Part shown: in pieces, positions 14,183 to 27,332 of the stretch | Numbering within the stretch: position 1 is the stretch's first letter | How the letters are laid out: each line of letters begins with the position of its first letter | NCBI RefSeq assembly: GCF_001194135.2 | Contig: NC_068999.1 | Coordinates: 7,691,193-7,755,192, forward strand | Origin: Octopus bimaculoides | Taxonomy: Eukaryota | Direction of reading: 5' to 3' | DNA length: 64,000 nt | Translations under genes and position numbers: made by a program | The notes under the pieces: generated by a model | The model's database searches: none | What the model was told of the DNA's origin: nothing | The model's input: only the letters and a program-made list of their open reading frames with translations

Positions 14183-15315
14183 GTATTCTGACACCATAGT
14201 CTCATATTGTGTACTTTATTGGTCACATTTAATGGTACTTTACATCAATATAGTTTGATTACTGCCCAGACTGCATACTTTTTTCTCCGCCTATAACACT
14301 TGGGAAAGAATTATTAAACGGCTATTCACATTTTTATTTGCGATACTAATTACTCATTATTATTTTCTCAAATTTATCGTCAGCGATAAATTTGAGTGGC
14401 TTTGAGGGTTCAACACTCCAAGATAATTAGTACCGTGTGGTAGTTGTCGCCTTCCGTAATACAGATCTTTCTCTTGTTATATCTTCATAACGAGTTTACA
14501 TTGTTTATCATTTATATTTTGCTGACTGGGGACACTGATCTGCGGACATGCTGTGACATCACCTTAAAGGGGGTTAGTGGAGACACATCGACCCCAGTAT
14601 TGCTTTCTTTTTTTGTAGGGGGGGGGGGTTAAACCTTGATATTTATAACACCAGTTTCTTTTGTCGAATCGCTAAGTCCAGTGAGCGTAAATAAATTAGC
14701 ATGGTATATTTATCCGGTGGGGGCAACAGGCAAAAGCACGTGCTCAAACACACAAACACCATACACACACACACACACACATACTTCATATATATATATG
14801 TATGTATGTATGTATGTGTGTGTGGGGTGTAGGTGCAGGCGTGAGTATGTGGTAAGACATTTCATTCCCAGCCACATTATTCCGGGTTCAGTCCCNNNNN
14901 NNNNNNNNNNNNNNNNNNNNNNNNNNNNNNNNNNNNNNNNNNNNNNNNNNNNNNNNNNNNNNNNNNNNNNNNNNNNNNNNNNNNNNNNNNNNNNNNNNNN
15001 NNNNNNNNNNNNNNNNNNNNNNNNNNNNNNNNNNNNNNNNNNNNNNNNNNNNNCATACGTTAATGTATAGACAGATATATGTAGGTATAGGCGTATAAGA
15101 ATATAAATGTACACGTATATATATCTATGTATACCTACATACATATATATATATATGTGTTTGGGTGTGTGTAAGTCTGTATATATATATGGGAGAATAT
15201 ACAAATAATAACAACAGACGAGGACAGGTGGTGTAAATAACACAAGTATATATTAGTATGACGCTCTTCAACAGAAAGAATACGGAGACAAGGAGAAAAA
15301 CACGGAGAAAAAAAA

Positions 15316-15358
<43 letters not shown>

Positions 15359-16312
15359 ATATATGGAACGGAATAGAGATATACACATGTATTCGATAAA
15401 TATTGACAAACCTGTATACTAGTGTATACATTACGTATAAACATACGTTTGCATTAACGTCATCATCACATCCACTAAAATAGACATGTTTGTGCGCCCA
15501 CGTGTACGTATATGTGTATGTGAGTGTGCGTGTTTGTGTGTGTGTGTGTGCGATCGGAAGACAGAGAATATTTTTGAAACAATATGCATGTTTCCGATAT
15601 AATTGCATTAATTAACAGAAAATTGATATACCCTGAAGAGTTGTGGATATTTCTCGATGAATACGTTAATACCGATACCCGATGCTGGTCGACAGTGAAG
15701 AATATAGATGTCCTTGCTCCAGGTTCTTGATGAAATTGTAGTTGATTGATAGGTGTGTCTGTTTGTTATCTTCCTAACAGAAAGCCGTTCTGCTTTCACA
15801 CGATATATGCATATTAGCAAAAACGTATGAACGCGATATGCGCGTGAGTGTATGTGTGCCTATGTATGTAAATGTATGTGTGTAACTGTGTGTGTGTGTG
15901 TGTATGGATGTGTGTGTATGTGTGTGTGTTTGCTGGAAGGGAAAGGAAAGCAGAGTGGATAATATATTGAACATCCTACTTATAAGTTCATTATATCAAG
16001 TTTAGCTTCTGGCACTTTCTTAGTCTAAGAACTAGTATGGCTGCATAGCTGTAGCATACACTGTTTAACTTAACTGTGAGGAATGTTTAAAATATCCATG
16101 CATTTGCCTCTGTTCTGGGCGACCTTCTCGAAAGCGTAAATGCATTCATTATGATCATGAACACTTTGAAAGTATATGTATATATNNNNNNNNNNNNNNN
16201 NNNNNNNNNNNNNNNNNNNNNNNNNNNNNNNNNNNNNNNNNNNNNNNNNNNNNNNNNNNNNNNNNNNNNNNNNNNNNNNNNNNNNNNNNNNNNNNNNNNN
16301 NNNNNNNNNNNN

Positions 16313-16368
<56 letters not shown>

Positions 16369-16420
16369 TTGTATATATGTATGTATCTATGGAAGGCGAA
16401 TATGTTGAATAGAATCATAA

Positions 16421-17325
16421 CACTGGACAACAAAATAATTTATTGTCTGCTACCCAGACAAATGGTGCTGTACTGAACTAAATCGAGTACTCTGATGCCC
16501 AATCTGAACTCAGAATGTCAGGAGTTTGAGTTATGCGCATAACAATAATAATTATATTAGTATAATTATAATACGCATAATTATAATACTATATTAGTAT
16601 CAAGAATAGTTAAGCTCAAGATAAGTAATTCTTATAATAATGTCATATACTTATGTTCAAGGCAAATAGTATTATATTATAAAGGTATATAGTATATTTA
16701 TGTTAAGGGAATACTCACTTTATTTTTGATTTACTCAGCTCAAAAATTTTTGACACACTCGCTCTTATGCTTTATGCGTTGTGCTGGTATCCCGTTGTAG
16801 GAACCAGCAGTGGTCACCCACCATGTGTGGATTGAACCGGTTTTGATAGCTCGTTCCATCTCAGATATGTCCTGGCGGAACTTCTCACCATGCTCATCAC
16901 TAACAGCACCAAGATTCGTTGGTAAAAAATTGAGATAAGAATGGAAGAAGTGCTTTTTAAGGGACATTCAGCATCCCATTCTTTCATACGCTGTTAGCAT
17001 GTTGTTTATTAAATCAGAATAGTTTCCAGCTCTGTGATTTCCAAGAAGGTTCTGTACAACTAATACGAATGAATCCCAATCAGTCAGCTCAACTGCATTC
17101 ATTTTACCTCTGAATTTGCTATCAGACATCAATTCTCTGATTTCAGGTCGAATGAAAATACTTGCCTTCAGTTTTGCGTCACTTTCATCTACACCAAATT
17201 TTATTTTATGTACTGGATTCCACACCCGTCCTGTGTCATTGTTTTTACGAAGTTTTTCATGAGGCCGAGAACGGAAGGGGTGGAAGGAAGATCTTTAGCG
17301 GGTCTACCAGTATCAATATCGTTCA
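16421..17325 (-). mobile_element. Chapaev3-like (CMC) DNA transposon relic, 3' half
   Basis: Disrupted LVDPLKIFLPPL..LGLMKNFVK...LGNHRAGNYSDLINNMLTAYERMGC*MSLKKHFFHSYLNFLPTNLGAVSDEHGEKFRQDI; terminus taa|CACTG at 16421 fits Chapaev3 CAC ends with TWA target duplication. Confidence 0.75.
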
Positions 17326-17625
17326 CTTTTGCCGAACCACAAAGTTACGCTGACGTAAACACACCAACACTGGTTGAAAAGTGGTGGTGGGAGATAAACT
17401 CAGGCACACACACACATAAAATAAACACACACACACATATATATGTGCATATATACATACATACATACGTAATTCGGGCTTCTTTCATTTTCCGTCTACC
17501 AAATGCAATCACAAGCCTTTTGTCGGCCGATTATATTAGGAGATACTTGCTCTAGGTGCCACACAATGGGATTGAACACGCAACCATGTGGCTAGGAAGC
17601 AAGCTTCTTACCACTCAGCCATGTC
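17325..17625 (-). mobile_element. SINE family A abutting and truncating the Chapaev relic
   Basis: ttttgccgaaccac...ttccgtctaccaaatgcaatcacaagcc...accactcagccatg. Confidence 0.75.
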
Positions 17626-18409
17626 TGGCCGTAGTTTAAATAACTGAAACAAATAAAAGATATGAATTCTATTAATTTGAGTGTCGTATTTTATAGAACT
17701 ATTCGGAAAACCTCATGTTAACAGGAAAATATTCTACCAAGGAGTTTGTAGTAATAAAATCGTTTTATTTAGTGACAGACGATTTTAGTTTTCTTCTACT
17801 TAACATTACGAAGAACAGAGCTTGAAAGAATTATGAATTTCTAAAAAACATGACACCTTCAGGGACCACAAGAAACAGTTTACGATGTTATAGAGTTAGA
17901 ATGAAAGATGTTTGGAAGCAGCTAGCACATGGGTAGTAAACAAAAGTACATCAATGGAAATCAAAGCAATATGTGGTTTTGTATGATTGCTCAGTACGTG
18001 ATAAAACTTTAGAATTCTATATTTTCTTCGGTAAAGCATTATTAATTTCTAAATAGAGTGAACTTTTTTTCCTTTTCAAATTGTACGAACAGAAAATATC
18101 TCTCCATGCATCTTTTCACATAACATTTAAAGAAAAGATACCAGATTAATAAAAGGAAAAATAACTCTTAAGTAGCATGTCTAATGGGGAAAATCACTCA
18201 GAAATCCCTCAGGCATATCATTGAGAAGAACAATGTGAACAAAAATCTCTGTTGTAAAATAACAGAAGCGTTCATACGGGATAAGCGAGCATTTTGTATG
18301 CATATAGTTACCTGTGAGTATGTATCTGCCGCCATACCGCTTTATCAAGCATGCATATCTCTGTCAACTTACACACATATATACATAAATATATATGCAC
18401 ACACATATG

Positions 18410-18461
<52 letters not shown>

Positions 18462-18661
18462 ATGTATATACACATGTATATGTATGCATATCAATATGCA
18501 TACATGCATGTACGTATACATGTATATATGTATACACACACATATATGTTCATATATATGTAAATACATAATATAGATACCTATCTATATACATAAATAT
18601 GTGCAAATATACATATATATATGTAGGCATATACCTATATATAATCATATCTGTGTGTTTA

Positions 18662-18702
<41 letters not shown>

Positions 18703-19116
18703 TTATGCATATGTAATATGTATATATGTGCGCATATATACATATCTATATTTAAATATATGTACATATATACATACATATATACATACAAATCAAATCA
18801 ACGCTGGACTGTTAGTGTAAAATCGTAGCGAACAAAAAACAAAAGGAAAAATCCAGAAATGTCTCCATGAATTCCGAGAGTGTATATATGAAACCACGCA
18901 GGCGCCACGTCCTTTCAAGTATGCGACTGGGATGGTCTGGAGACTTCGAGTATGCATTTAGGAAATTTATTGATCCACACTCGCTGTGAAAACAAAAACT
19001 AATACAAAAAACCCCCCAAAATATGTTAAAAAACAAGATAAAGCTAGATCACAGTTGATGATACGTCCGTCCCTCCATACATACATACATACATACATAC
19101 AGGCATACATACATAA

Positions 19117-19440
19117 AGCTGAAGATCAGTGAATGTTAACATAAATCTAAAGAGCAGTGAAAAAGGGAACACCTACGCTGAACGATTGTGAAATCTGCAG
19201 TTACTCTCTGCAGATTACAAGTTCAGGTTTATACCTGTAATTATTGGGGCTCTGGGATATGTAGCACACTGCCTAAATGACAGTCTTGAGAAAGTAGGCT
19301 TCTCAAAACCAGAAAGGAGAAACCTAATTCGAAGACTACAGATTGAATCTATTGCTGGAACTGTAAAAATCTGTAAAACTTTCCAGAAGTTAATCATTCA
19401 AATATATATGAGCATGTCCAGATATGTATTATGAGAATAC
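19117..19440 (+). mobile_element. R4/Dong-like (RLE) non-LTR retrotransposon 3' fragment
   Basis: NLQLLSADYKFRFIPVIIGALGYVAHCLNDSLEKVGFSKPERRNLIRRLQIESIAGTVKICKTFQK; restriction-like endonuclease C-terminal IPxIIGALG motif. Confidence 0.7.
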
Positions 19441-19475
19441 ATATATATACGCACACTCACATCACTATCTATCTC

Positions 19476-19509
<34 letters not shown>

Positions 19510-19895
19510 CTTATATATAGACATTTATTGAACAGCCCTATAGTGAAGCATAAAGAATAACATTTATGAGCCGACATTTGGTTTTAAACGAGTGTAAGGA
19601 CTTGTGAAACGTACATGTACATGAGCAGAGGCTAGAGCAGAAATGTGACGAAAGTAATAATTGAAAAATACCATCGTTTGTGTTTTTATCATGTGTTGTG
19701 ATTCATATGTATATATCTCATTTTCGTAAGCAAAGAGCCATTATTTTCGAAATAGAGCAAGTTATGTTTGTTGTAGAAATACTGCTACATGTATCTTTTC
19801 ACATGTCAGATGCTGACTAACTTACGCAAGTACACGGGGCACTAACACACGTATGCGTGTGGGTATATACGTGTATGTAGTAATGTGTGTATGCC

Positions 19896-19926
<31 letters not shown>

Positions 19927-20099
19927 NNNNNNNNNNTTTGTCTATGATGAATAACGATTGCGAGTGTTACTTAATAACGAAAAAATATACTAGAAAAATT
20001 GTACTCACAATTTGCATGTGAACATAACTAAACAATGGAGAAGAATATCTGCAGGAGGAAAAAAATGGATAATTGAGGAAATCGTGTTATATATGAAAG

Positions 20100-22106
20100 A
20101 AACAAAGGAGTAGAGGAAAAAATATATAGAGAAAGAAAAGAAACGAACCTCAAGATAGATAAAATATCGTAAATAAAGCTGTTTTTTGTTAATGTAGAAA
20201 AGGAAAAAATAAAAAAATCGTTCGTTGATGAAGGGAACCAATTCGCAAAATCTAATGCCAAATGTAAATCTTTAGACATTTATTGCAAAATAAATGAGAT
20301 CACAAGGAGGAAGTGCTTGAGTAAACAAAACAGAAACTTTAGGTACAAACATGGATGCATACTGTTTGAGCATAATATTTCATGTAGGATCCTTTGAATA
20401 GATTAAAAGTACTGTGCAATCAGGAGAACAGCCTTCTTCTGTTCCTGTTTGAAGGCGCTAATCCAAGCAAAACCTTAAAACCAGTTGGAAAGAATAAAGA
20501 AAATGAAAGCTGAGAAGACAAATGGAGCAGATAAAAATTATAATAGGAGAAGCATGAACATCATTATATTACTACAGTTTAGATGTAATAAAAGTATTGT
20601 GTAATGTAATACGTGAGAATGGTCAGAAGAAACCAAAAATGAAAGACCTTTGTTCATATTTGTAAAGAGACTAAAATCTAAAGGGTTTAGAACTGTTAGC
20701 GCAGTGAATCATGTGGTTAAGCTATTGGTGGAAAGCATTTAACAAAGAATTACATTGAGAACAATCGAAGGCATAAGTCGGCCGTAAAATGTTTCTGCAA
20801 AAACAATGGCGAAATATATTGGGAACATTTAACAGAAAGAATGAAGAAATGAGTCAACTGCAAAGGAATGAGAACGTGTGATGAGATATTCAGCAGCGGA
20901 ACTATGTGTAGAAGAACTCCGGGGATAAAACAAGGTGTTTTCATACATGCGTAATGCAATCCGCGTAGGTATTTGTAAGAGGAAATAATGTATAGATGAT
21001 CGAACGGTGATTGGAAATCAAGATATGCAAGAAAGAACTCCAAATAATTACAGGTTATGACGAGAGCAAAAAGCAGAACTGAGAACTGAGAACTGAATGG
21101 GCTTCAAACTTTCACCTTGTCTTTTGCTTTAATCATGAGACTGCGTCCTTGATGTGGCATCACCTTGAAGGGATTTGGGCGAACAAATCGACCACAATAC
21201 TTACGTTATTATTAATTCTAATACTTTTTCTCTTGGTTCTATTGCCGAACCGCTAGATCACAGGGACGTTAACAAACCGATATTGGTTTATCAAGAGAAT
21301 GTGGGTGATAAATACAAACACAACGATATACGCACAAGCGCCGATAATTCAGACGCGTTTTTCTTTCTCCCTTTTTTCTCTCTCCGTCTGTTTTCTGTCC
21401 TCGTTTCTATATATGTATAGAGAGAAAACCATAGTTGTCACTAAATATGACTACGGTGTTGGAAACACCTACATTGCTAGAAATAAGAGCTAAAATGATC
21501 TAATGCTGTAAACGAAGCAGGTAATTGTGTACATAGATTGTAGTCCTCAGGAAACATCGATGGAGAAATGCTTATACTGATAGATGGATAGATAGATAGA
21601 TTTACACAACAGACATCAACATAGTTTCCGTCTACCAAATTCATTTACAAAACTTTGATCGGTCTGGTGTTAAATTAGAAGACACGAGCCCAAGACGCCG
21701 ATTGAGCTTCCTAACTGCACAGACATGCATGTGTCTTACAGGGACGTGTACTATAGTCTAGCTTATTTAACAAATACAGTTAGAAGCAGAGTGAAAATGC
21801 TAGCAGTGAGAGTATGAAGGATTACCATCGACAACTTTAGATTTGTACACGATTCTGACTTATTAACTATCGAACAGATATGACCTTAAGAATATTGCAA
21901 CCATAGGAAATGTCAAAGAAGAGTCTGATGAAATGGAAATGCAGAGGAAATAAAATCAATACTAATCAACAAGAGAACAACTATCCTCAAAAATATATAT
22001 TGCAATCGAGGAAAAACCGATTAAATAGACACCGAAGATATTATACTTGGGATATATGTAATCATTAATATGACGCAGGAACGAAAGGGATTGAATGTTA
22101 CTTGGA

Positions 22107-22164
<58 letters not shown>

Positions 22165-22630
22165 GTCAGATGTACTCGTATCGTGAATCGTTAATATCGA
22201 AAGCAGGAAAACATGATTAAAACGTTACGTTTGGTCAATGCTATTATACAGAGATGAAATTTGCGTATTAACGAAGGTGTTGTCAAACGGGTTATAAACG
22301 AAGGAGGTATGGTATTTTTAAGACGTTTTTGACAAAATCACGAAACGGGACTGCAGAAAAATGATGACATATTAAGTATGGCAAAATCTAACAAGATTTT
22401 ATTTCATTGCATAATAGAGAAGAATGAAAATTAAAGTATTTCACTCGCCTAAGTAGCAAACATGTATAACAGAGAGAAAACCAAAAGAGAAATCGGCAGA
22501 GGAAAAGATTAGAATTATGCTGGTGGATAATATCAGACTTGGCATAGACTTAATAGAGATTTAACCTCTTAGAACAACAAAAGACACAGATATGGTCATC
22601 CATGATATCTTTCTTAGTGACATAGGACGA
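20100..22630 (+). mobile_element. Highly decayed RTE-like LINE interrupted by SINEs and (TA)n
   Basis: Collinear fragmentary ORF2 motifs: KMKAEKTNGAD, FRTVSAVNHVVKLL, ITIDNFRFVHDSDLL, KILYLG, EMWYF, RQRKRLELCWWI-like end. Confidence 0.55.
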
Positions 22631-22684
22631 TAGATGTTCATGAGGAAGTAAGTATACATGTATCCATGTATGAATGGATGTACG

Positions 22685-22764
<80 letters not shown>

Positions 22765-22777
22765 ACTAACTACTTAT

Positions 22778-22821
<44 letters not shown>

Positions 22822-23302
22822 TATATGAGTATATGCATATATATGTACATGTATGTACATACCTTCATCTACATGTACATATAGATACATATCTGGGTAC
22901 ATGACGTTGCAAAAAAACATGGACAAAATGATAAACAAGGCCTTTTGCCTGGCGTGCTAACGATTCTGCCTGTTTCCGTGGAGATTAAAATCATGTTTAC
23001 ATGTTTGCATTAATATGCATGTTATACTACATAGAATAAAGTTGTATATTCAAAAATGAATGCAAATAGATAAGCTGGATCATTGAATCACCAGAAAATC
23101 ATGGTCACACTAACTCTGAATATGCTTAATGAAAACAGAGATTAGAACGTGTAAAGGGAAAAGTTTTATATTTCAAGCACAACGCCCATCATCAGATGTA
23201 AACCATTCTCTCATCGTTGTAAAATTGTCGTAGCGAAGGCATATTAAACGACATGTGTTGTAGTCTGTTTGAAATATTGTGTTAAAGAAGAGAAACAAAT
23301 AC

Positions 23303-23365
<63 letters not shown>

Positions 23366-24849
23366 ATTGCGATTGTATGACTTCGGAAAAACGTTTTGTG
23401 AAGGTTGATTTACAAGTAAGTGAACGTGTGCGTGTATGTGCGTGCGATTTTATGGCTTCATAGAAATTTTGTGTGGAGATTGACACGTGTAGGAGGACAA
23501 ATATGCAGAGGAAAACAGAAAGAAAAAAAAAGGAGGCAATGTGAAGAATACAAGGTAAAGGCGAACAAATTAGAAATGATAGGAGAGCAGTGAGAGGCAA
23601 GGAGTACATGTAGGAGTTGAAAACGTTGAGCCTGAACTAAGGTATACGTAGAGTAAGGAAGCAGAGAGAGAGGGTAAGAAGATTCGCAGAATCACCGAGA
23701 GACCAGAAAATTTAATAATATTTAATTGAATCAACCTTATGTAATTTAAATACAGAAAGGTTATTAGATTTTTCACCGTCTTCGTGACTTCTGGGTCACG
23801 CTGTAAATATATAAACACACGCAAAGGCACATATGTACGTTTGTACATATACACATATGTGTATGCGTGATGGTTAATATATACATACATATATATATAT
23901 GTGTAGATATNNNNNNNNNNNNNNNNNNNNNNNNNNNNNNNNNNNNNNNNNNNNNNNNNNNNNNNNNNNNNNNNNNNNNNNNNNNNNNNNNNNNNNNNNN
24001 NNNNNNNNNNNNNNNNNNNNNNNNNNNNNNNNNNNNNNNNNNNNNNNNNNNNNNNNNNNNNNNNNNNNNNNNNNNNNNNNNNNNNNNNNNNNNNNNNNNN
24101 NNNNNNNNNNNNNNNNNNNNNNNNNNNNNNNNNNNNNNNNNNNNNNNNNNNNNNNNNNNNNNNNNNNNNNNNNNNNNNNNNNNNNNNNNNNNNNNNNNNN
24201 NNNNNNNNNNNNNNNNNNNNNNNNNNNNNNNNNNNNNNNNNNNNNNNNNNNNNNNNNNNNNNNNNNNNNNNNNNNNNNNNNNNNNNNNNNNNNNNNNNNN
24301 NNNNNNNNNNNNNNNNNNNNNNNNNNNNNNNNNNNNNNNNNNNNNNNNNNNNNNNNNNNNNNNNNNNNNNNNNNNNNNNNNNNNNNNNNNNNNNNNNNNN
24401 NNNNNNNNNNNNNNNNNNNNNNNNNNNNNNNNNNNNNNNNNNNNNNNNNNNNNNNNNNNNNNNNNNNNNNNNNNNNNNNNNNNNNNNNNNNNNCATTTTG
24501 TCGCCAAAGGAATTAATACTTATCGATCTCTTATTTCTGTTTTGTTTTGACGTCATTTTGGGAATATTCTCATTCGAGTGATACGATTAAATTAAAAATA
24601 TCGTATCATCAGAATATCTTTCTTTACAAATGTATATCATCGTTTCAGCAGATAATGTTACTTAGCAACCAAAATTTAAGCAAGAGATTTTTTGAAATGC
24701 ATGCATTTCATATTCTTTTTTGCGTGTTTTTTTTTTAAATTTTGTCAGCAAGAAATCTGAGAAATAAAAAAAAAAACTCATGTGCATGCGTAGAATGATA
24801 ATTGAAATATTCGAAATTTTTACTATATTAGGCATTATAGCGTTTTACT

Positions 24850-25200
24850 ATATCTCTTTTTCCACGAATTCTAAGACCTGGTGCCTAGATGTCAAATATC
24901 GTGGAAGATATTCAACACCCGAGTATCAATCTGAAAATACTCTCTGTACCCAATAGATCAAGGTTTTTGAGCATGCTCTATCCTCATGTCAATTCCAATT
25001 TCTACGACGTTTCTCGAAATTGGATGTTAGCGCTTCCAGTGTCCCTACAACTATTGGGATGACAAATATTCTTTTTAATGCCCACATTCTTACAATTTCA
25101 TCTTTTAATAATTTACATTTTCACACCTGTAATCCCGTGCCTTCTTCTTTTGTGGGTAGAGCCTGTCGTTATTTCTTCTAGGTATGTGTTGTGCATTCTG
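24850..25200 (-). mobile_element. R4/Dong-like (RLE) non-LTR retrotransposon 3' fragment
   Basis: Minus strand reads KLLKDEIVRMWALKRIFVIPIVVGTLEALTSNFEK and continues with frameshifts. Confidence 0.65.
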
Positions 25201-25636
25201 AGCAGTTTTACAGTTTTCTANNNNNNNNNNNNNNNNNNNNNNNNNNNNNNNNNNNNNNNNNNNNNNNNNNNNNNNNNNNNNNNNNNNNNNNNNNNNNNNN
25301 NNNNNNNNNNNNNNNNNNNNNNNNNNNNNNNNNNNNNNNNNNNNNNNNNNNNNNNNNNNNNNNNNNNNNNNNNNNNNNNNNNNNNNNNNNNNNNNNNNNN
25401 NNNNNNNNNNNNNNNNNNNNNNNNNNNNNNNNNNNNNNNNNNNNNNNNNNNNNNNNNNNNNNNNNNNNNNNNNNNNNNNNNNNNNNNCTAAGTATTTCTG
25501 TTCCTCATTAATCCACAGCGATCTAATCATGTTCTCTTCTGCTGATATTATGCCATCAGAGTTTATCTTCTAGCCTCTCTTCATAATGAGCTCTGTACAT
25601 TACTTTATGCCATATTGCATCCCAATATCTTTGCTG

Positions 25637-25637
<1 letters not shown>

Positions 25638-25704
<67 letters not shown>

Positions 25705-25788
25705 TACTACTATTACGATCATCATCATCCTCATCATCACCATCACTATCATCATCATCATCACCATCATCATCATCACCATCATCAC

Positions 25789-25829
<41 letters not shown>

Positions 25830-25836
25830 CCATCAC

Positions 25837-25880
<44 letters not shown>

Positions 25881-25937
25881 NNNNNNNNNNTCATCATCAC
25901 CATCATCATCATCATCACCATCATCACCATCACCATC

Positions 25938-25987
<50 letters not shown>

Positions 25988-26000
25988 CACCATCATCATC
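25638..26000. repeat. (TTA)n then (CAT/CAC)n trinucleotide arrays
   Basis: Seen directly. Confidence 0.95.
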
Positions 26001-27332
26001 GTTTTTATTATTATTGTTGCTGTCGTTGTTGTAGTTATCGTCAGTCATAGTAATAAGAACATCAAAGCAAAGCAGTAGCGATTCGTTCACTATTTCCACT
26101 GATACAAACGCTGCAGTGGATTCATAAAATAGTTGTGTTAAAGCAAGCGTTCCCTTAATACAACCTGAAACGGGCGATTTAGATCTATCATAGTTAGAAG
26201 AAACAAGCTCGGACAATTTTGTAAAACTGAAAAGGCATTTCTTTGCTAGATAACCTAATCCACGAGGGGACAAAGAGAAAATTTATAGATCTCAGCTTAC
26301 AAAAAGACGGAAGCTAATTAAACCTTCCTTTAAAATAATTAGTATAATATACGCTCCAGGAAATTCTGAGAAATGTTCTTTAAACTGAAAAAGGCATAAG
26401 CTATAAGTCTCTCTGTGGTATATTTATCACCGAAGACACAGCCAAAGCCCGGAGTGATATTAGGAAAACGAAAGTAATATTGAGCAATAAGAACAGCAAA
26501 AAGAACAGACCCTGTTTCCAGAACATTGCCAGTTAAAATCCCTTGGTTGAAAGACAGGTTTTCCAACAAACAGCCAAACTCACAAACTATGACCACCGCT
26601 GAATCCGACTCCACCGCAACGTACTGCCTCAGTTTCCGTTCAACGAAGCTGCTCACGTGACTCTCGACGGCCTGGATCTACAGCAGACGATCACTAAGCA
26701 ATAACAATGATGACGGGAAAAGTATTTCTGGCTATGGCCGCAGTCTAATGACTATAATGACAAATAAAAGATATATTTATGATTTATGTGTGTGTGTTTT
26801 GTGGGTGTGTGTATGGATGTGTATATATACATATGTGTGTGTGTGTGTGTGTGTGTGCTTATATATATATATACACACACGCTCACTCATCCATAATAAA
26901 AGGGGCTAAACAACAGAGAAGTAGATACAAAAAATAAAAGAAATGGAATTGAGCACATATGTATGTATGTATATATATGGAGGTGTATAGGTACGTAGGT
27001 ACGCACGTAGGTGGGTACGTACGTATGTATGTATGTATGTATGTATGTATGTATGGATGGATGGATGGATGTGTATGTGTGTGTATGTATATCATAGATA
27101 TTAGCAATCAAAGAAACCAGACAAATGATCGTTCTTAATTAGCGATAAATAGGTCTGACGTTATAAAAAGCGATAAAGATTTTTCTGAACAAAAGAACTA
27201 TTACTCCAATAACTAGTTAAACAGTACACAGACATCAATGCCACGTTAATAACCACTGAGGTAGATTTTGATGGTTTGGGTAGAGGAGGCGGTCGGAATG
27301 GTATAGGTAAGAGGGTTTGTGGCTATACAAGA

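Noticed and set aside
15240-15680. Partial hammerhead-like pieces (ctcttcaacagaaag; ccctgaagag...gaatacgtt)
   Set aside because: The GAAA half is deleted or mutated; too decayed to call
23150-23200. CUGAUGA...GAAA on minus strand
   Set aside because: No NUH triplet and no credible stem I
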